The notes under the pieces were generated by a model that saw nothing but the letters and a program-made list of their open reading frames with translations, did not search any database and was not told where the DNA came from. A program made the translations under genes and the position numbers. From Ramazzottius varieornatus (taxonomy: Eukaryota; Animalia; Tardigrada), in assembly GCA_001949185.1 (NCBI GenBank), contig BDGG01000003.1, forward strand, positions 1,148,875 to 1,212,874: a stretch of 64,000 bases of DNA, written 5' to 3'. Of this stretch, positions 12,865 through 24,500 are shown one piece after another (position 1 is the stretch's first letter; the number at the start of each line of letters is the position of its first letter).

Positions 12865-13330
12865 GGTATCCCAATCCGGTTGGCGGCTGGATGGTTGGGA
12901 AGTCCTTCCCATCCGAATTCTATCCGGATGGATCCGGATCCATCCGGAAGAAACCAACCATCCGCTTGGGATCCGGATAGGAGGTCCATCCAGCCATCTT
13001 CTATCCGGTTGGGAACCGAGCAGGATCAGTTCAACCACTCAGAACAGAACAGTCGATCCACCCGTTTATCCTTCAGTTCGGTTCGGACTACGATTAATCT
13101 GTCGGCTCCTTCTGTGGAACAGAAAGTTTACTTGATTATGCTTAACTTGAGACGCGACCTGGGGTCGGACTCGATCCATACCGGATTCAGATTTACGGTT
13201 TCACAGTATGAAATTGTTATCCGGTTGCAATCCGGATCATCCGGTAGAGAGACCCAACCATCCAGCTTCTATCCGGATAAAGGGTCCGACCCAACCAGCT
13301 GCAATGCGGATAAAAACCCCATCCATCTGC
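12865..13330. repeat. ATCCGG-rich palindromic repeat cluster, probably a non-autonomous DNA element
   Basis: Perfect 26-bp palindrome tccggatggatccggatccatccgga at 12923..12948, imperfect TIR-like ends at 12865 and 13017, and many further atccgg/ccggat motifs up to ~13330. Confidence 0.6.
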
Positions 13331-13992
13331 TTGTCCATCCGTTTAACCATTTAACCATCCATTAACAACCCTGATCTTGGGTCGCGTAAGTCTGCTGGTA
13401 CCTCTGTGAAGCGCAATCAAAAGCTCCTGAGTTGCTCTATCGCATCCTACAATAACCCTAAATTCTGCCCCAGATGCAAAAAAAACTGGCTCCTGAACGG
13501 CTGAGGTAAATTCATTATTATGCATCTTGACAATCCTCATATCTGCTTTCGTTAAATTCGACATCCAGCTCTTGGGAACTATCAGTGGTGATATGGAGAT
13601 CAATCCGATGAGGTATCAAAATGTGTTTATTTACGTGTACGTATCACCGATTGTTGATTGGGTAGCGTCAAACAGAACCCTAAGGCTGCGTTTCGTAGGT
13701 GGCTATCAACCCTGGTCGACTGTAATATTATGATAAACTGACGTTCACAAAGCCACCCTTCAGTAACCCAACCCTGGTCAACGAAAATCAACCCCAATGC
13801 GCTCACAAAGTCTACAAGTGAAGATGAACCCGCTGCAACCCAATGTGGTTGTTAAGCGTAGTTGCTTTATGAACGATTCGAGTCGTCTACTCGAGTTGTC
13901 AACCACATCTCATTAAAAAGAGCCTGCCCGATCAACTAGCATAAATATGCTAGTACACCCTTACCCCGCTCCTCTTCCCATGGCAGATTTCC

Positions 13993-15130
13993 ATGGCTTA
14001 TCGATCAGTGAGTATCTGTCTTTTTTCCCGTGTTCGCTGGCTTTCTGAACGAACTATGGATCTTCCGTCCAACCAAGCCTTGGCCATCAACATCGCCGTT
14101 ACGGCAGCATCCCAACGTCCACCGGAAGCCGACCAGAGAACCGTTCGGACGGAAAGCCAGATTTCAGCTGCAGCCGAACTGATCTGCACTGTTATTCGTA
14201 ATTGCGCCACTGCTTCGTCCCTACTCTCGTCATTGAATCGTCAACTACCACTCTACAAGGTCCGCGTACTACAGAGACAGGCCTTCTGGGAGCTCTACAG
14301 TGACGACGACGATCTGAAGAAAGTTTTCGGAGTGCAGCGTTCGACTTTCGCAAAGCTACTAAGAGATCTCAAGCCTTATCTACAGCCTACGAGAGATTCC
14401 TTTTTTGGACGTCCAGAGCACCCACTGGAGCTTCAGGTTGCTTGTAGCCTGTATTACTTGACCAAGGGTACTTCCTACAGTACGTGTATTGGGGTGTTTG
14501 GCATTGGGAAGTCCACAGCTTTCAAGTATGTGAAGCGTTTCGTCTTAGCCGTGAAGCACGCTTATCCAGATGTTGTAAAGATGCCTTCAGCAGTGCAGCT
14601 AGACCTAATGTTTCACAAAACAATGAAAAAATTTCGATGGTTCGCAGAAGTTGAAGGAAGCGTCTGTGTTTGGGGCAGTGGACGACTGTCACGTTTACTG
14701 TCCAGCTCCGGAGAACAGGCGTAGCTATTACGTAAACCGCCACCATACCTACTGCGTCGTGATGCAAGCTCTTGCTGACCCTGAACAGTAAATATTTTCT
14801 TTCCGTTTTTGATACTGATACGCAGTTAAATAGTGATCGTACACCCAGGAACGAGATTCATTCGGCGGTAAGCATGATGATGGAGAAAGCCTTTGGCATA
14901 CTGAAGAAAAGATTTGAATTTTTCAAGTACGTAGAATCCACCGATCTTCTCAGAATTTAGCATATTATTCTTTGCTGTGTAATTATACATAATATCTGTA
15001 TCGAACAACGAGATTTTGTTGAAACAGAGCTCAACGTGAATTTACTTGATCAAGCTGCTGATATTGACGAGAGAGAAGACAATGATAAGCGACTTATCCG
15101 AGAAGACTTCTTCAGAAGTCTGACGAGTGA
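13993..15130 (+). mobile_element. Defective PIF/Harbinger transposase (DDE_Tnp_4/HARBI1-like)
   Basis: FGVQRSTFAKLLRDL...PLELQVACSLYYLTKGTSY...FGIGKST. After a frameshift: VFGAVDDCHV...YVNRHHTYCVVMQALAD*. Then HSAVSMMMEKAFGILKKRF. The middle catalytic segment is missing. Confidence 0.85.
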
Positions 15131-15149
15131 CAATAATTTCCAAAAAAGG

Positions 15150-15620
15150 GAATCCATGCAAATGATTAGTTATTTCGAGCTTGGAGTAAATTGACCAATA
15201 GAGCAACGCTATCTGAAATCTTAGTTTAGACGCGTCAATATCTTGGCTGGCGGTCACGTTCTTCTCTTTCTGCTCCAGCACAAGTTCTTGATTCTGCATC
15301 AGCTTTTGCAGAGTCGACATGGCCTCGCTGCTACTAGTAATCAGTTTGTCAGTTCTCTCCAGCACTTGCTCCTTTCCGCTCCTGATGTTCTTTCCGTGTT
15401 TACCTCGACGTCCAGCCCCAGCGACATCCGCATCGCTGAGGGTTGCTAGTATGTAGTTGACGACATTACATCAGACTTTGCGAACACTGGTTCGCTGAAA
15501 TTTTTAGGATCTTGTAAGTTTTCCCTTTTTGATAGGATACATTACTACGACTCATGGCACACGCCTTCATTTTTTAACCGGTTTGCAGATCGTATACCTG
15601 CAAAAACAGGAGGAATCTCG
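15150..15620 (-). mobile_element. Probable remnant of the Harbinger accessory (Myb/SANT-type) gene, tail-to-tail with the transposase
   Basis: Convergent coiled-coil-like ORF (MLERTDKLITSSSEAMSTLQKLMQNQELVLEQKEK) abuts the transposase 3' end. Called from position only; no Myb motif visible. Confidence 0.4.
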
Positions 15621-15973
15621 AAACAACTATGATGCTGAATATGACGGCCCAACTGACACCTCTCCGCAAAGTGGACCGCTTACCGTTCTTCAGCTATTGT
15701 TCGTCACAGTTTCCCTTGTAGTAACGCAGTCAAGCTTCAGTTTCGGCCTGAGTCTGGATTAAACTCAACGATCGTCGTTTATGGCACCGAAGTGAATTTA
15801 TCTGATGACTGTTACACTACTGCTCTCCTCTTTTCGCACTGAAAGCAATGTTGGATCTCAAAGTAGTACTTGAAGGTCTTTTTCATCAGCAGAAATCAGC
15901 TTTGTTGTATCATTAATCTTATTATCAATAGGTACCATGAGCTATAATGCAAATATTCATGCGTACGTCGGCT

Positions 15974-16649
15974 CTAGAGCTTGGCTACACGTCCAAGGAA
16001 CAGAATCGTTCCGCTGCCGTCGTGTCGAATGGCGAACATGAAGGGATGGTCGATGAAGAACTCCACTGGCGGCAATTCTTTCGCCATCGACATACCGGCT
16101 AAACTCATGAACGTTGCGGCAGCTGCTTCTGTTCCTTCCTCGTTCACATCTACAAGTGTCCAGACAGGTATTACGANNNNNNNNNNNNNNNNNNNNNNNN
16201 NNNNNNNNNNNNNNNNNNNNNNNNNNNNNNNNNNNNNNNNNNNNNNNNNNNNNNNNNNNNNNNNNNNNNNNNNNNNNNNNNNNNNNNNNNNNNNNNNNNN
16301 NNNNNNNNNNNNNNNNNNNNNNNNNNNNNNNNNNNNNNNNNNNNNNNNNNNNNNNNNNNNNNNNNNNNNNNNNNNNNNNNNNNNNNNNNNNNNNNNNNNN
16401 NNNNNNNNNNNNNNNNNNNNNNNNNNNNNNNNNNNNNNNNNNNNNNNNNNNNNNNNNNNNNNNNNNNNNNNNNNNNNNNNNNNNNNNNNNNNNNNNNNNN
16501 NNNNNNNNNNNNNNNNNNNNNNNNNNNNNNNNNNNNNNNNNNNNAGAGTACAACATTATGCTCCTACCTTTGCCAGATGGAGCTGCGTTGGCAAAAAGCG
16601 CTACCAATAGCGCCGCCACAACGAGCCCAACTACTGTCGGGAAACGCAT
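15974..16649 (-). CDS. Secreted inhibitory serpin, interrupted by an assembly gap
   Basis: The last exon, in a frame not shown in the ORF track, reads DVNEEGTEAAAATFMSLAGMSMAKELPPVEFFIDHPFMFAIRHDGSGTILFLGRVAKL* (hinge, reactive-centre loop, serpin signature). A signal peptide MRFPTVVGLVVAALLVALFANA lies on the far side of the gap; linkage of the two parts is inferred. Confidence 0.9.
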
Positions 16650-16745
16650 CTTCCGTCCAGATATCGCGTAAAGCTTTCAGCCGCAAGTTTGGAGAAGACT
16701 ACTGACAAACAAACAGGACAGGTGGATCAAGAGTCTATTTTTATT

Positions 16746-17146
16746 TATCGAAGCTTTTGGCCATCTCAGACAGCCTGAAGTAAAACACGTGCTCGAGGTA
16801 CCTCACCTCAATTACTAATCCTGTTAATCCTGTTTGATTCAAAAGTTGAAAGTTGTACGAAGTATACTTTACCCGGTACGCCAGCTAAAAGTCTCACTGA
16901 TACCCGTACTTGTTCAACACTGGAGCCAGCACGGCCAGCAATAAGAGCAATTTGGTATGATGGAACTATCCGCAAGAGCTTGCTAGGCACCCGTATGAAT
17001 CAGCAATTTACTGCTGCATGGCAAGCTCTGCCGGCTTTCAGTCCGATATCGAAGCTTTTGGCCATCTCAGACAGCCTGAAGTAAAACACGTGCTCGAGGC
17101 AACCCACCTCAATTAGTAATCCTGTTGATCCTGTTTGATTCAAAAG
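16746..17146. repeat. ~100-bp direct repeat (16746..16845 and 17047..17146) upstream of the serpin
   Basis: tatcgaagcttttggccatctcagacagcctgaagtaaaacacgtgctcgagg...atcctgtttgattcaaaag occurs twice with few mismatches. Confidence 0.9.
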
Positions 17147-17228
17147 GATCCCCCCCCCTTGACAATTCTGGCTAGGTTGCATACCAAGCAGATTTCCGAG
17201 TAGACAAAGTATGTTTGGTGGTTATTAA

Positions 17229-17818
17229 TTTCATGTCCCATATATGTACTTGAGTTTTTAGAGTTTACTTAGGTGCAATAGAAACCGTAGGGAATGCAGT
17301 GGCAGCGTTAATGGCAACACGCTCTATTCCGTTCTGCGCCTGCCATGCACTCAGCAGGCCCGACATACATAATGGGTTTCGGCGGCCGAATTTCCGGAAC
17401 ATTGACAAATAACACGATTGCTCCATCCGTTGCCCCTGAATATTCTTTCAAACTTCATGTCAGAGAAAGGTCATTTGGTAAAAATAATGTTACGGAAATT
17501 GGGCCGCCGAAACCTATATGTATAAACCAGGCTATACGGAAGGCAGGCCTCTCTGGATTTCTCTTTAGCTTTAATCCGCACACCATCTCAAGTGTTGAAG
17601 CTACAGCGCATATATATGATGCCTGATCAACTGAAACTAAAGGGAAAGCCAGAGAGGCCTGCCTTCCGTCTAGCCTGGTTTCTGTTTCGGGCCTGCTGAG
17701 TGCATGGTAGGCACAGAGCGGAATATGGCAGGCTGCCATTGACGCTTTCATTGCATTCTCTGCGGTTTCTAGCGCACCTCAGTTAGCCCTGTAGAGCTCA
17801 AGTTTATGGGACATGAAA
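17229..17818. repeat. Fold-back element with ~140-bp imperfect arms and a nested internal inverted repeat
   Basis: tttcatgtcccata...ccatgcactcagcaggcccga pairs with tcgggcctgctgagtgcatgg...tatgggacatgaaa. Inner pair: ggtttcggcggccgaatttccggaacatt / aatgttacggaaattgggccgccgaaacc. Confidence 0.85.
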
Positions 17819-20800
17819 GTTCCTGAATTGCACCAAAAAGCCATCAAATATCCCCCAAACAGAACCCGGACGTGACCCGAAACGTATTTCGACAGATTCT
17901 AGATCCAAGGTTCGAGGGGATCTCCAAACAGGGTGCAACTGGTAGAGAACAGCTGACCCTCATGCTACAAGCCTTTTTTCCATTGAAATCAATAATGTGT
18001 CTGTGCTCATCCCTCCAGAAACCATCAGCTTTTCAGGGACGCTGAGGTTTTGAGGAGGGCCAAGCGTCACACCAGCATAAACCATAGAAAAAATCCAAAC
18101 GGTTCTGTGATTCCACCCGACGGGGAGGTGAAGCTTAGTCAGACAAGGTTTCTGATTGTTACAGGTTGAGTCTAATTACTTGGATGGATTTTGTGCTGCT
18201 ATAAACAATTCTGCCACACCCTCACTGCCTTCAACTATTGTCCACCGGAAGCTCAAGCATTTGAAATTCTTTCCTGGAAATATCATCCAGATCGCAGGAT
18301 CAGGAGAAAACCAAATCCACAAAACTCATAAGTTCCCGAAAACTGATAGTCGGTTTCAAGACGAGAATTTGGTCAGTTGGCTCTTTTGTCGCTGTATGAA
18401 GCCCGCAAAAAATATTCTTCTCATGCAATCTTACTGAGACGGCATTCTGCTACATACAACAAAGAATGGTCCTGACGATTCTCTTTCTGGTGAAAAATGT
18501 AAATATTAAACCCGCGAGTAAGCAAAAAGTCAGACATATTTCATAAGCTAATTTTGCTTATTCCTTCAGCAGTGATTCAAAGATGGTCAATTGGTTTTTG
18601 TAAATTAACCCGAAAATTTGTCCATAAAGAAACTCTCGTTGATGTATGTCGGTAGTCTTACAAGCCCGGCTGAAACGTTTTGGCGAAGAAGGTCAGTTTT
18701 CACCGGCGAAATCGGTGTTTTCTCAAGAATCGCACTGTTAACGTTCAAGCAGTCAAAGTTGCGACCCCAACTTGCGTACCATTAATTTTTGGAAGATCTA
18801 AAATTGATCTATGCAGCGAGTGGAAGCACGACTGCAACGAGTCAGAAGCAAATTTACCACGGATTTTCAAAATCCATCCAAGCAGTTAGACTCAACCTGT
18901 ATGGTACGTTGCATCATCCGTACACTGAAAACGATCGCATGTACACGCACGAAGAGAACTTATGGACCAGTAAAAATTGTGGACCAAGCTATTTCGACGT
19001 TCAAAACGGCGGTATGAAAACACGTTCGTATGCTATCTACCGATTCACATAATACACTTTTCGCCACTTTTCTACGGTTAAAGCTACATTTTGCCGCCTT
19101 TTCTCTTGGCCCATAATTTGTACTGGGTCATATCCTTTTTGTGTACTGTAAAACTTAGCAACCGCCCAGAAACGCTTCTTCACCGACCTACTAGACATAA
19201 AAATTATTTTTCGAATTTTAAATTCATTCACGGGAATCAGTGGGAAATTAAAAAATGTGGAATCGACTAAACTTGGGGGAAACGACGATGCACCAATTGT
19301 GATTTTTCATGGTGATGCTGCAGCCCACCTACCCTTGATAGCTCAAACGTGGTATGTTATGGAACTCTGTCGGTTGATTGGTGTTTATGGATGATGATGG
19401 AAAATTGAATGCATATTCTAACCTCGACGCAATCGCCTTCTTTGTCTATCTCTTTGCCTACCTCAGTAACGATTTGTATGTTAAATGCTGGATTCCACTT
19501 TTCAATCTCCCGGTGGTCAGCCGAAGCCCTTTCAGAATCGTTTATCTCAAATTCCTGCTTGTCGTCCAGTCGGTCTTCATTGGTTGTCTTATTAACGATT
19601 TCATCGTTCAGCATGCGGCGAATTCTTCGGCTATGCCCTCGTTGTCAAAGATGTTCGTTGGATTGATCTGTGCTATGTGAGATTCATCGAACCATAATAT
19701 ACTGAAAGAAGTCGTTCTTTGTGGGATGATCACGGTTACCCTTTCGAGTGTTGCAGGGCGGAACTTGTGTACTCAACGACTGGCTCCTTCCACGCGACCT
19801 TGATGCACACCATTCTATCCCATTTCGTACCCAGCACCCTCTCTATTCTTCTTCATCTAACACGCATCCGCTCCACTTCATCCACCCCACACTTCGAAAT
19901 CCTGGCCATGCACACCGCGGCCTTGTTCGTCGTTCTGCGATCCAGCGCCTTCCTGACCGTTCCCGTACGGACTGCGGTCGCCAGCCTCACATCTGGCTCT
20001 CACATCAGTATAGACACTGATGCAAGCACCGGGGACTACCTCAGTACTCCCGCTGGACACTTTCTCAAAGGAGCGGTGGACGATGGATCCGCAATTATCT
20101 CTGAAAGCGTGAGCGCCATCACGCATACAGAAGACACACCGTCAGGACTTTACAAATCGGATTCGAACTGGTCGGCCGTCTACTCGAGCAACTCTGTCAA
20201 CTCTATGAACTCGCTTGCATCTAGTTACTCCAGTGGGTCTGAATTAGCTCCAGCTGTTACTGATCATGCCGTCAGGGCCACCAACAGCTTGCTAAAGTCT
20301 GTGCGAGATGTACGTGGTCCTAGTTTGTAAGTTCGACCAAACGCAACCCAGCGCCGACAGTTTCCGGAAGATTTTCGCGGTAGATGGCGCTGTGTTTTCA
20401 ACCTCTGAACATCTACAATATCACTCCTTTTACAGGTGGTAACGTGGAAGGATGGGGAAGAAGACACTCCGTTAAGTCCATCTTCTTCCGTGTACAGCTC
20501 GTCTCTTTTCTGACCCCACTCATACCAGTTGTTCCCTTTCTCCGAGTTTTAATGTTGTCATTTTAGAAAATTAACTCTTATCCATTCCTTGGCTATCGTG
20601 CTCTGGAGAACAGACCGGGTTTTCGGTTGTTCATCCATTGGTTGTTGTTTTATGACAGCTCTGTACCGAGCAATGCTTTTTGGCATCAGCGCACTTGGTT
20701 TGATCCCGCACGTAACACAAGCCGAAATACATTGGCAGGCTCAAGTTGGCTCCTCGACTAATCAGTTGTTTTGTAAACAAAATTGGCTGTTAGCCTTTAA

Positions 20801-21526
20801 TCATCCTTGACACTTCCGCCGTCCATCCAGGCACCGAAAATATGTCATTTTTACCAGACGGATTGTCTTGATGATGGCGGCGCACCCTATTGCGTGTAGG
20901 ACGATCTCCTCTTCTCTTACTGCCAAACTCCAAGACGCCATGTGCGTTTGTTGGTGTTTCTGCCACACAATGTCGATCATTCAGTCGCTTGGGAATACGG
21001 AGACCATTACGCTAGTCCAATGACGACTTAATTATGGATGTCGAGTAATGCACTCTTGTGTAACATCCGCTGATTTACATGCACTGTAACTTATCCTTCG
21101 CTCAAGACATGCTACTGTACTTTAGCGACTTCCGGGAAGCCAACACGTCAAGCTAATCAATACCCATCACTTTTGGCAGTTCAGCTAGTTTGCAAAGGAT
21201 TCCAGAAAGAGCTTCAAAGTATTAATAGCCTAGAAATAATACCGCCAAGGATTCCTTTTACCAATTACACAATAAATTTACATCGAAGCTATCAACACGC
21301 GCTGTACAATGCAAGATTTTTCTCCGGCTAAAAAAGGAACCAATTCCGATTATGTAAGGCAACCATCCAAGAATCTTCTTCCCATCAGCAGATCTGTGCA
21401 CACACTTTCCCAATATACAACCCAAGAAAGAAAAGACCGAGATAAGATAATGGAACAATATTGAAGTTAAGTAGTCAAATATCATTTTTCTATACTTTCG
21501 ATGTGGTTGATTCTTGATTGGGTTGC

Positions 21527-24500
21527 TCAGAGAACTTGGAGGTTCCCGCAGGACTTGGACAGACTGTTCCTGGCTAGCAGCCGTGAAAGCATGCCAAAGG
21601 CTTTCTCATACCCGCTGGTCAAGCTCCTCTTTTCGTTCTTCCTGCCATTCACTCTGTTATACTTGTAAGGTCTCTTCTTCTTGTTCCTCCTGGCGGTCTC
21701 CTTTTCCTTCAGCCGAATCTGCGTCAGAATGCCCACCAAGAGCTCGTCGACATTGTGGTTGACACCAGCCGAGGTTTCGGTGAACTTGCAGTCGTACTGG
21801 GAAGCGACGGCGATACCCTCTGTCAAAAGACCAATCGTCAACGTCAGAATAGGTTGCCAGAGTCCCTCGATCAACAAAACGCACGGGTTTCTCTCAGTTG
21901 ACAGAAAATCTTACCCTCTTTGGAAACAACACGCGCCCGTACGAGGTCGGTCTTGTTGCCAACCAGGATAATAGCGTGGTGGCGAGTGACTTCCATCTGC
22001 TTCAGCTCGAAGAGGATATCGATGGCCTTTTCGAAGGACGGTCGATCGGCCACGCTGTATACAATGACGTGAGCGTCCACTGAAGCGGGGTCCCAAGATT
22101 TCTCATCCTACAGTAGAAAAATCAGCACGTCAGTATTATTTATCAAAGATACCCCGTGATCATCCCCCAAGTCCCAAGGTCCATGCCCTGCGGTCAAAAT
22201 TATTCGCCCAAGGTCAGCGGAAAAATCGACTCGTAAACTGTCCCATCGGTAACTGTCGGCACTCTTTCTTTTTTCCCGGGTGAAATTTCACCGTACAGAA
22301 CTTTCGCGTGAGAAATATGAAAATGTTGGAATTTAAGAAAACGGAATTTTTGGGGGCGTTAATTTCTGCGTGGGGTTATGCGGATATTGAATTTTCGCAA
22401 ATGGACTAATTTTCTCAGCGTCACAAATTCTTCACCCCCATTAGTTTCTGCTAAATCTGGAAACTGTAAAACGATCGATCAGAGCTGCAAGAAAAGGGCT
22501 CTCAATCTCGACATAGATTTCTTTGCAGACTTCTCTTACAAATGACTCTAAGCGGCATTTGTGTGTCAAGTATTGACAAGCACATCTGCCCACAGCGTGG
22601 CTTCCTGCACCGCAGCAGAGTCCATTGACGTCACTGCGGCCTGGGTTGGCACGAGATCGTATTACGAGGGTTGTTAGCGAGGAATGCTGTTATTGATCGT
22701 CCGAAAGTTTTCTAAAGTGCCCACAAAAGCATGAAAGGCATACTGCACGTTTGCCTCGCTTTGTTAGAGATTCAATCCTTTTCGCCGAATGAACCCCACT
22801 GGCAGACTTCCTGGCGACTAGCTTGCGCATCGTCTCGTGACCAGCGCTGAAGTACCCCTAAAGTGCCTCGCTCATGCCTTCCAGATATAGCCAGTGCTCT
22901 CCAGCCGTTCGAATCGGATAGGTCAATAACGTAAAGCGAATCAAAACCCTGAGTGAAAACCACCGAAACGGAAACGCTATGTTTGCACTTGGCGACGACC
23001 CCTTCCTCCAACAATCCATCACTCGTGTCTCCTTCCGGGTTCCAAGGGGAATGCAGGCAAACTAAATTAAACCAGATCGCCACCTGAACTGGCGCACATC
23101 TTCCTTGTTATTGGCCGAAGTATGCGCCATCCGGAAAAACGATCCGATTGATATCGTTAGCCCACGTCCCGTTTCGCGGCACGTTGACTGTAATATTTTT
23201 ATGTCGGTTTGATCATGAAAGACCACCGTGATCATGAAGGCAATTCATATTGACAGGCCTTCCAACGAAAATTAAAATTCCATCAAGTACAAAGAAGAGA
23301 GGGGATATTGTATATTGCGTTTCAGCTGCGGCAATGTATCAACAGCTCAATAAAACGCCTTGCGTGGTGCCATGTTACGAAACCTGGATAGATTAATCCA
23401 AATAACGAAGTGGAGACGGGAACCATGGCAGATGGTGGAGCTATTCCAGGCGGATAAGAATAAAGCTTGTGTACTGTGCTGTTCACTGTCAAGGTTCTGG
23501 TGCGGCTCATGTAACACCATCCATGGCTTTAGATCGTACTGCGATCTTGTTTCTCTCATTAGCTTTTTTTGCCCAACCAATCTTGACACTCATCAATATA
23601 CTGCCTTCTTTGCCGTTACACTATGTTGACCATAGTTCTTAGTTTAATGATGGCTTGCGGGGTTCTTAAGTAAATCGACTTACGTAAACTGAGGAGGAGT
23701 TTTCGGGATCCATGAAATCCAGCTCGGATTCCTGTCCGTCCAGCAGAACTGACACCGACTTCTCCATCGCATCCTCGTCTGCAAAGAGGAACGGACATCA
23801 GCAAAGCGAAACACAACTCACAAAAGAATTCGATTCGTTGATCGACTGGAGAATGTTACTGTGACGTTAATTTCCATTTGGGACGTCGGCAAACGACTTG
23901 GCCATGATCGTTTTCCTACGTGGCGCACACAAGCAGCTATCAACAGTGAAAATGTGCGCCACTTGTGACAACAGTCATGTGCAGTTCCGATTTTCGTCGG
24001 ATTTGACTTTTACCTTTCAGTATTATTTTTGCGCGTTGTTTTGTTTGTCTTTCTCAGCGTGTGAACACTATCTTTCATGTATCTCTACACCGCTCACTAT
24101 TTTGTCCTGACGTCAATGGCGAGTTCGTTGGCTCTTCTTCGCACTCTCAACCTTTCCCCTTCCTGCACTAACAATCTCTCACGAAGAACAAGGCTCGTAA
24201 GAAGCGTTCAAGACGGCGAATGACATAACGTGCGTAACCATATCAAGCGGCCATTACTATTTCGCACTTGCACAATCCATCATAATCTTTACCCAGTTAC
24301 TCCCAACGGACGTTGCAACTTTCCGTCTGTCCTGTTCTTCCTGCTTGTGCAGGTCCCGCACTCGGCTGATCCTTTGTGTAACTTTGCAATCTTTTTTCCC
24401 AGTGGTAGATCCAAAGGGTGAACTAGTTCACGTTCATCTCTGACCACACTACCACTTCACGTAATGTATATGTACCCAGTTACCCTCACACACGCGGTAC

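Noticed and set aside
18700-19240. Transposase-like snippets (TVEKWRKVY, DLKLIYAA)
   Set aside because: Too short, with no supporting catalytic motifs in any frame I read.
19357-20330. 203-aa Ser-rich ORF and neighbouring ORFs
   Set aside because: Non-ATG start and no recognisable domain. It may be the shadow of a decayed element, but I cannot support a call.
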